Source: Octopus sinensis
Lineage: Eukaryota
DNA length: 27,982 nucleotides
Direction: 5' to 3'
Assembly (NCBI RefSeq): GCF_006345805.1
Contig: NW_021827570.1
Location: 1-27,982, forward strand
Below, one piece after another: positions 21,715 through 27,982 of the stretch. The translations under genes and the position numbers were made by a program. Position 1 is the first letter of the stretch, and each line of letters opens with the position of its first letter. The notes below the pieces were generated by a model. It was not told the DNA's origin, did no database searches, and saw only the letters and a program-made list of their open reading frames with translations.

Positions 21715-22084
21715 AAAGAAACTGTGAGCGGGACAATAATGGAGTAAATGGCGACCGACAATTCTGACAAAAACCATTAAGTTTCACTTGGCGAGGGTGG
21801 ACAGGAAGGTGCTGCCCTCTAATAATTGGGTGAAACCTGACAACACAGTTAAAATCAGAGCAATTGCCCTTCAGGGTCCGTCGTGCTCCCTGATTGAACT
21901 CAGGTAACTCTCTTTTATTAGGGATCTCATTTCCTTTAATACTTTATATAGTTGTCTTTTTAATTTCTCAAACCCTTAACCTCCTCCCACCCCACCCACA
22001 GTTAATATAACCTGCACTTTTAGGGTCTCGAGCCTTTTTTGGCAATAAAGAAAAATTTTGTTTTATTACAATTAATTTTGTTTT

Positions 22085-22700
22085 TCATCATCATCATCAC
22101 CATCATCATCATCACCATCATTATCATCATCATCATCACCACATCCACCACCACCACCACCATCATCATCATCACCATCATCATCTTCAATATTATTATT
22201 ATTATTGTTATAAGCATTAAGCTGTCAACAGGCGGTCCAGTCATGCCTGAGTTGATACACAGAGATATATACATATAAGTATACTAATTAATCTGGTAGT
22301 GATTGATGCAATCAACCATAACCGCTCCCCACCCCCGCCACCCCAACTACCCACCTGTAGCGATGATTAATCAACAGTTTATAACAAGAAACACGGCAGA
22401 TACTCGATATGCCACTCATGTGGTAACTCACAGATGACTCATAACGCACACACACAACACACACACATGTACATACATATCTACATATATATATGTATGT
22501 ATACGTATGTATATATATGTATGTATGTATATATATATATATGTATGTATATATATATGTATATATGTATGCATATTGCATTAAATCCTGTTTTACGATC
22601 TGCAGCAGACACTTCACGCTCATGACTAAGACCACTGCATTATACATACATACGCACACACATATATATTTATATGTATATATGTAAATATGTATGTGTG

Positions 22701-22758
<58 letters not shown>

Positions 22759-23128
22759 TATATGCATATATATATATATATTATATATATATAATATATA
22801 GATAATATATTATATGTAGTATAATCGCATTGAGACACTTCTATATGAATTGCTGACACTGACATCATGACTAACAAAATCTGTGTATATATGCAATCCT
22901 ACATATATATATGTATGTAGTATATATATATTATATATATATAGGTGTGTGTTGGTGTGTGTGTTTGTGTGTGTGTATGAGTATATAATATGTATATATA
23001 TGTGTATATATATATGTGTATATATATGAGTATATATGTATATATATGTATACATGTATATATATATATATATATGTATATATATGTGTATATATATGTA
23101 TATATATATGTGGATATGTATATATATA
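22085..23128. repeat. Compound microsatellites: (CAT/CAC)n, (ATT)n, (TA/TG)n mosaics running into the CR1 5' end
   Basis: Visible directly. Confidence 0.95.
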
Positions 23129-24411
23129 TGTGGCTCAAATGTGGATGTAATATATCTTGACTTTGCAAAAGCCTTTGATAAAGTCGACCATGGTATGATC
23201 TATCACAAACTGCGTGGTCTCGGCATAGGCGGGAAACTTGGAGAGTGGCTGCACAACTTCCTAAAAGACAGAAAACAGGCAGTTGTGAGCAATGGAGCCA
23301 CCTCCAAGGAAACGCAAATAACAAGCGGTTTGTCCACAGGGCACTGTCTTGGGGCCACTGATGTTCATAGTGGCCTTTCAGACATGCCTTCAGTTGCTAC
23401 GATGACCACCCTTGCTAGCTATGCAGATGACACAAAAGTCTCCCACGCAATACAAAACCCTGAAAATATGCGCATCTGCAACATGAGCGGACACAATATA
23501 CAGGTGGGCTGAGGACAACCAACATGCAGTTTAATGCAGGTAAGTTCCAGGCCCTGCGCTACTGGCACACAAAGGTAAATGACGTGAAGACTGGATACAC
23601 TGGCCCAGAAAGAATTGCAATCCCTGAGTCAAAATCAGTGCGTGACCTGGGCATTGACATGAGCAATGATGCATCTTTCAAATGCATATTGCTAATCTGG
23701 TTATAAAATGCAGACGGCTAGCTGGATGGATTCTCCGAACTTTCAGAACAAGAGAGAAGGAGACACTGATGGTCCTATGGAAAACATTCGTCCTCAGCCG
23801 CTTGGACTACTGCTCCCAACTTTGGTCACCACACAATATAAAACAAACAGCAGAACTCGAAGCAACTCAGAGAAGCTACACAAAGAAAATCGTCTCAATG
23901 CAAAATGTCAGCTACTGGGAAAGACTGAAGGTATTAAACCTCTTCTCCCTGGAGCGGAGGCGGGAGAGATATGCAGTGATATACATCTGGAAAATCCTGG
24001 AGGGTCTTGTCCCAAACTTTGGCATTCAAAGTTACTCCAACCGCAGAACGGGGCGCCGCTGCGGGTGGCCAAGGATTCCAACATCACCATCAAAATACAG
24101 GTCCAGATACTGCAACAGCTTGGGTTCAGAGGACCACAGCTCTTTAACATCCTCCCTAAATGCCTGAGAGACTTACATGGTGTGGATGTGGGTTTCTTTA
24201 AAACTAAACTGGATCTCTTCTTGTTGGGAGTCCCAGATGAACCTACCTCACGACAGGAGACACGGATGCGGGCAGCAGCATCGAACTCCCTTGTTGATCA
24301 AGTGCCACGTATCAGAGGTGGATTCACAAACTAGTGTAGCTCATTCAGCGGTGGTGCCCCAGCATGGCCGCGGCCTTCGGGCTAAAACATTTTTAAGGAT
24401 TTAAGGATTTA
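23129..24411 (+). mobile_element. 5'-truncated CR1-group non-LTR retrotransposon: RT core, C-terminal domain, 3' UTR and short-repeat tail
   Basis: Across three frames it reads [17 protein letters not shown]...[13 protein letters not shown]...LASYADDTK (YADD at ~23420-23431)...MQFNAGKFQ...RLDYCSQLWSPH...LEATQRSYTKKI...LFSLERRRERYAVIYIWKIL, typical of CR1/L2-group ORF2. It ends in a GCC-TTCG-GGC stem-loop and a (TTTAAGGA)2 tail. The 5' end abuts a (TA)n tract. Confidence 0.93.
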
Positions 24412-24784
24412 TATATATATATATATACAGAGAGAGAGAGAGAGGAGAGTGAGAAATGCATCCATACATGCATGTACATATATACATACATGCATGCATA
24501 CATATATACACACATACACACATATATGCATATATCTATATAAGAGTAATTCTCGTCTCTGTGCCTTGCTGCCCTTGAGAAGATCTATTCTGATAGAGAA
24601 GTAGTTATCTATCAAAGATCCGGTCCTCTTTAGTGTTCATCCAGACGAGGTTCTTTGATTGTGGACTCTGGTCCTGATACCTGCAATATTTCACGAACCT
24701 TTGTTCCCTTGGCGTTCGCTACCTTCCTTGCCTGCCTGTCTGTATATATATATATATGTAAATATGTATGTGTATATATATATG

Positions 24785-25607
24785 ACTTTGGATTGATCTT
24801 TGAAGGTTGCTTTTAGTGCAATTTGAATCTTTTACATAAAAGACAATCACTGCGTTCTTTAATTATTGGTAAGCTCCGGATAAATGTTTACTTTTGGTAG
24901 TCCATAGTCCAGTTTCCTGAAAACACGTCCATTCCAACGCAATTGAATTTGCTTAAACTCAACTGACAAAATAGGAGCGTTGGCAAACCTGGGGGTTATT
25001 GGAAATTGTATCTAATAACTTGGGTTTTCCTTTGAATTCATATATGGCAATGATTAAGCATTTTTTTCATGATTCTGGGACATGGTTCTCTAAGTTCCAC
25101 ATGTTATAGGCAAGTTTGGATAATGACAGCTCTGTGAATTTTGATTTTGATATCGCTGTGAATACACTTGGTGCTACAGTTTTCCTAACAGACTCGCTCC
25201 TCTCGCCAATACGTGAATGTACTTCAGCTCAATAAAGACATTTGAAGACAACGTATTTCCAAGATGCTTATAAATCTCCACACTGTTTGGCTTAGTCTCA
25301 CTCATTTTTTTTTTATTCTAGGGGTTACACACTGTGAATGCCCTGGTTCAGGTTCGTGTAATACTTCTGTAAGGCCAAAGTTGATGCAGGCCTTTCGTAA
25401 TAGATCAGCACGTACTTGCATTCTGGTGTCACCCGGTGCAAGGAATCCACATTCATCTGCAAAAAGCAGCTGAGATATATTTTTTTGTTGCAATGGACGA
25501 AGATTAAACAACGTGGCGTTGTATCTGTTCTTGCAGGAAACATGGACGAAAGCATGATAGGGAAAATCGCTGGGGATAAGACACGACTCCTGTTTCGCAT
25601 CAATTGC
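24785..25607 (-). mobile_element. Degenerate RTE-clade LINE fragment (RT motifs and downstream region)
   Basis: The minus strand reads KQESCLIP...LFNLRPLQ...ISQLLFADECGFLA...KACINFGLTEVLHEPEPG, matching the RTE/BovB-like pattern KQGC...LFNLRRLQ...LLFADD...FGLT...EVLHQP. Further degraded motifs (HLGNTLSSNV; QLRWNGRV-like) continue downstream with stops and frameshifts. Confidence 0.85.
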
Positions 25608-25747
25608 AACAACAACAACAAAGAACGAAACATACACACACACATGCATATACACACACATGCACATACACACATGCACATACATACACACATGTACATA
25701 CACATGTACATACATACACATATATGAAGACTAACAATGCGGATTAA

Positions 25748-25877
25748 CAGTGCTGCCAGTATAATCTCGTGTATTCTCACGTAGTCCCATCGCAAATGGT
25801 TGCGATTACCAGCATCCTGAAGTGGTATGCTTGAGTAATTGCGAATTTATTTTCGCATGAAATTATTGGTAGCACTG
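25748..25877. mobile_element. 130-bp MITE-like fold-back element flanked by TTAA
   Basis: Imperfect TIRs CAGTGCTGCCAGTATAAT versus CAGTGCTACCAATAAT, with TTAA at 25744-47 and 25878-81. Removing the element restores the palindrome GGATTAATCC. Confidence 0.65.
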
Positions 25878-25956
25878 TTAATCCATATAAACCATATTTA
25901 TCCGCCAAAAGCGATGTTGAACATTCCTTCCCATTTGTTACTTCGTTACTATCGCT

Positions 25957-25992
<36 letters not shown>

Positions 25993-25995
<3 letters not shown>

Positions 25996-26109
25996 CCTGC
26001 TCGCTTAGCCAGCGGGGTGGCGTCATTTGAAGGCTAAAACAATGCGAAGCGCATTGTGACCAGCGATGTGTAACAACATCTGATGGCCTGGTCGGTCACG
26101 GTAATCACG

Positions 26110-26113
<4 letters not shown>
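25993..26113 (+). mobile_element. Short structured interspersed repeat, probable LINE/SINE 3' end
   Basis: A GC-rich island between (TA)n tracts with nested inverted repeats (GTGACC/GGTCAC, GACCAG/CTGGTC, GATGT/ACATC) and a (TCACGG)2-like end. It shares GGCTAAAACA with the CR1 3' UTR. Confidence 0.45.
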
Positions 26114-26166
<53 letters not shown>

Positions 26167-26465
26167 GCGTATAAACACATATACATATATTTGCTCACAT
26201 ATATACATACACATGCAGATATACATACGTATTTGTACATATGAATATAGTCATATATATATACACACATTTATATTTATATATATTTACTCATATTTAT
26301 ATATATTTACATATATTCACATATTCATATAACCGATATATGCGTACTGCATACACACGCATAAAATACATACCCGCATACACAACTATCTCTCTTTCTC
26401 TCGCTATGTGTGTGTACGTATGTATGCATGCGTATGTATGTATGTATGTATGTATGTATACATAA
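26113..26465. repeat. Compound microsatellites: (TA)n, (GA)n, (TATG)n
   Basis: Visible directly. Confidence 0.9.
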
Positions 26466-26723
26466 AATATACACCGACGAAGAGGATTAAGCTGTGTGAA
26501 GCTGTATTCACTTCTTAATTACAATAATTGTGTCGCAGAGAACATGGAGTCTGTCTTCAGATTTCATTTACCGTCTTTATAGTTATATATTCTATTTATT
26601 TACTCAAGTTTTCTCTTTCCCACGCTCTGTTGCTCTATTATTGATGCTGGGACTGTTTCTAAGCCAGCGTCAGTGTTTCAATTATTATTTTGTTTTTACA
26701 AATTAGTCAGTCAACATTTGCAG

Positions 26724-26815
26724 GTTTTCCTCGAAGGACGAGATCGCTGATGTACAGGTTCTGCTGTGGGTCAATGAGTGCAGGCGAAAGCTGTCAGGTG
26801 GAAATGATTTTCTAT
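26724..26815 (+). CDS. Candidate internal exon of an unidentified host gene
   Basis: Boundaries TTTGCAG| and |GTAAGC (alternative GTGAGT at 26823). The 92 bp read FSSKDEIADVQVLLWVNECRRKLSGGNDFL without a stop. The sequence is non-repetitive and no family is recognised. Confidence 0.3.
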
Positions 26816-26869
26816 GTAAGCTGTGAGTTACCGGAAAATGATGGTAACAGGAGCATATTTTTATATTTC

Positions 26870-26903
<34 letters not shown>

Positions 26904-26976
26904 TGTGAGAGAGAGAGAGAGAGAAAGAAAGAGAGTATCAAGCTGTTGCAGCGTTTAATATTACGGCTCGGCCTTT

Positions 26977-27140
26977 GCGGGGCGAAATGCTTAGCGGCAT
27001 TTCGGCCGTCTTTACGTTCTGGGTTCAAATTCCGCCAAGGTCGATTTTGCCTTTTATTCTTTTAGGGTCGATAAAATAAGTATCTGTTGAGCCCTGGGGT
27101 CGATGTAATCAATTAAGCCCTTCCCCCCGAACTTGTTGGC
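26977..27140 (+). mobile_element. Diverged type-II SINE copy
   Basis: Runs GGCGAAATGCTTAGCGGCATTTCG...GGGTTCAAATTCCGCCAAGGTCGA...GGGGTCGATGTAATC...CCCTTCCCCCCGAACTTG. Confidence 0.8.
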
Positions 27141-27402
27141 CGCCAAGTCACAATTACAGCACGGCCTTTTGCTTACTTTGTGGAAGGTATTTAGACTTGG
27201 CTCACATCTTGACCATCGTCCCTTCCTTTTCTTCCTCCAATCATGTTTCTCTAATACTCGTAACCACTACACACACACACACACACTCACACACGCTCAC
27301 ACACACGCACACACATTCATACACACACACACTCATACACATACACACAGCCATACACGCACGCGCCGTCGCGCGTATATTCCTTTCTACTACAGAGACG
27401 AG

Positions 27403-27573
27403 TCCTGAAATTTCAGGGAAGGGGACTAATCGATTATATCGACCTCACCATTCAACTGGTTCTTATTTTTTATCGATTCCATAAAGAATGGAAGGCTAAG
27501 TCGACCGGCGGAATTTGAAGTCAGAACACAAAGACGGACAAAATGCCGCTAACCATTCTGCCAGCTCACCCCG

Positions 27574-27577
<4 letters not shown>
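27403..27577 (-). mobile_element. Diverged type-II SINE copy, reverse orientation
   Basis: The reverse complement reads GAGCTGGCAGAATGGTTAGCGGCATTTTG...TTCAAATTCCGCCGGTCGACTTAGCCTTCC...GAGGTCGATATAATCGA...CCCCTTCCCTGAAATTTCAGG. Confidence 0.8.
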
Positions 27578-27611
<34 letters not shown>

Positions 27612-27982
27612 CATAAAAAGTTTTAGTTGCATAATTCCAAAGCGACGGAAGGAGTCGAACGCTCGTCCAATGGACAACACTGAACAAATCGGTGACACAT
27701 TCCCATTGATCAAACGGATGGCTATTAATGTATTAATAAAAGTGATTAATATGCAGATTCTCCAAAGTTTTACCTTTGAAATCCTCCGCATCATTGTTGG
27801 CCATGGTCACCTTTAATCTAACCACAGTTCAATTAATTAACCATTCCACTACAAACCTGTTTCTGGAGGGACGGGACACACATTCAATATCATCGTGGTT
27901 GCACGTGGACTAATATTCCCGCCAATAACATAACCAATTAGATTTCGTGCAATTAATGACTCATGCTCGTGTGTGTGGGTGT

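Noticed and set aside
22327-22352. Minus-strand G-quadruplex motif
   Set aside because: Such motifs are common in low-complexity DNA and nothing links this one to a feature.

Overview
Eukaryotic, AT-rich, repeat-saturated genomic DNA. It is most likely intronic or intergenic sequence from an octopod cephalopod (Octopus-like); this rests on my recognition of the tRNA-derived SINE families and the extreme microsatellite load, not on a database search. No complete host protein-coding gene, rRNA, genuine tRNA gene or CRISPR array can be supported, and most ORFs in the supplied track are microsatellite read-through. The window holds decayed mobile DNA: a 5'-truncated CR1-type LINE, an RTE-clade LINE fragment, L1/Tx1-clade pieces (5' region, short ORF1-like frame and endonuclease start, plus a separate RT fragment), a Penelope-like GIY-YIG remnant and a possible hAT transposase trace. 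It also holds three SINE families (Meta/MESC-like, CORE-like, and one with a shared 3' tail), a TA-flanked Tc1/mariner-type MITE and two minisatellites. The most unusual items are a 130-bp TTAA-flanked fold-back element with four internal hairpins (25748-25877), a 47-bp cluster of five nuclear-receptor half-sites (11442-11488), ~145-bp tandem monomers upstream of the L1/Tx1 ORFs, a SINE dimer that apparently moved as one unit, and a candidate 92-bp exon followed by an inverted SINE pair. All coordinates were read by hand and repeat boundaries are approximate. Parts of the sequence look unpolished (homopolymer and 1-bp indel errors).
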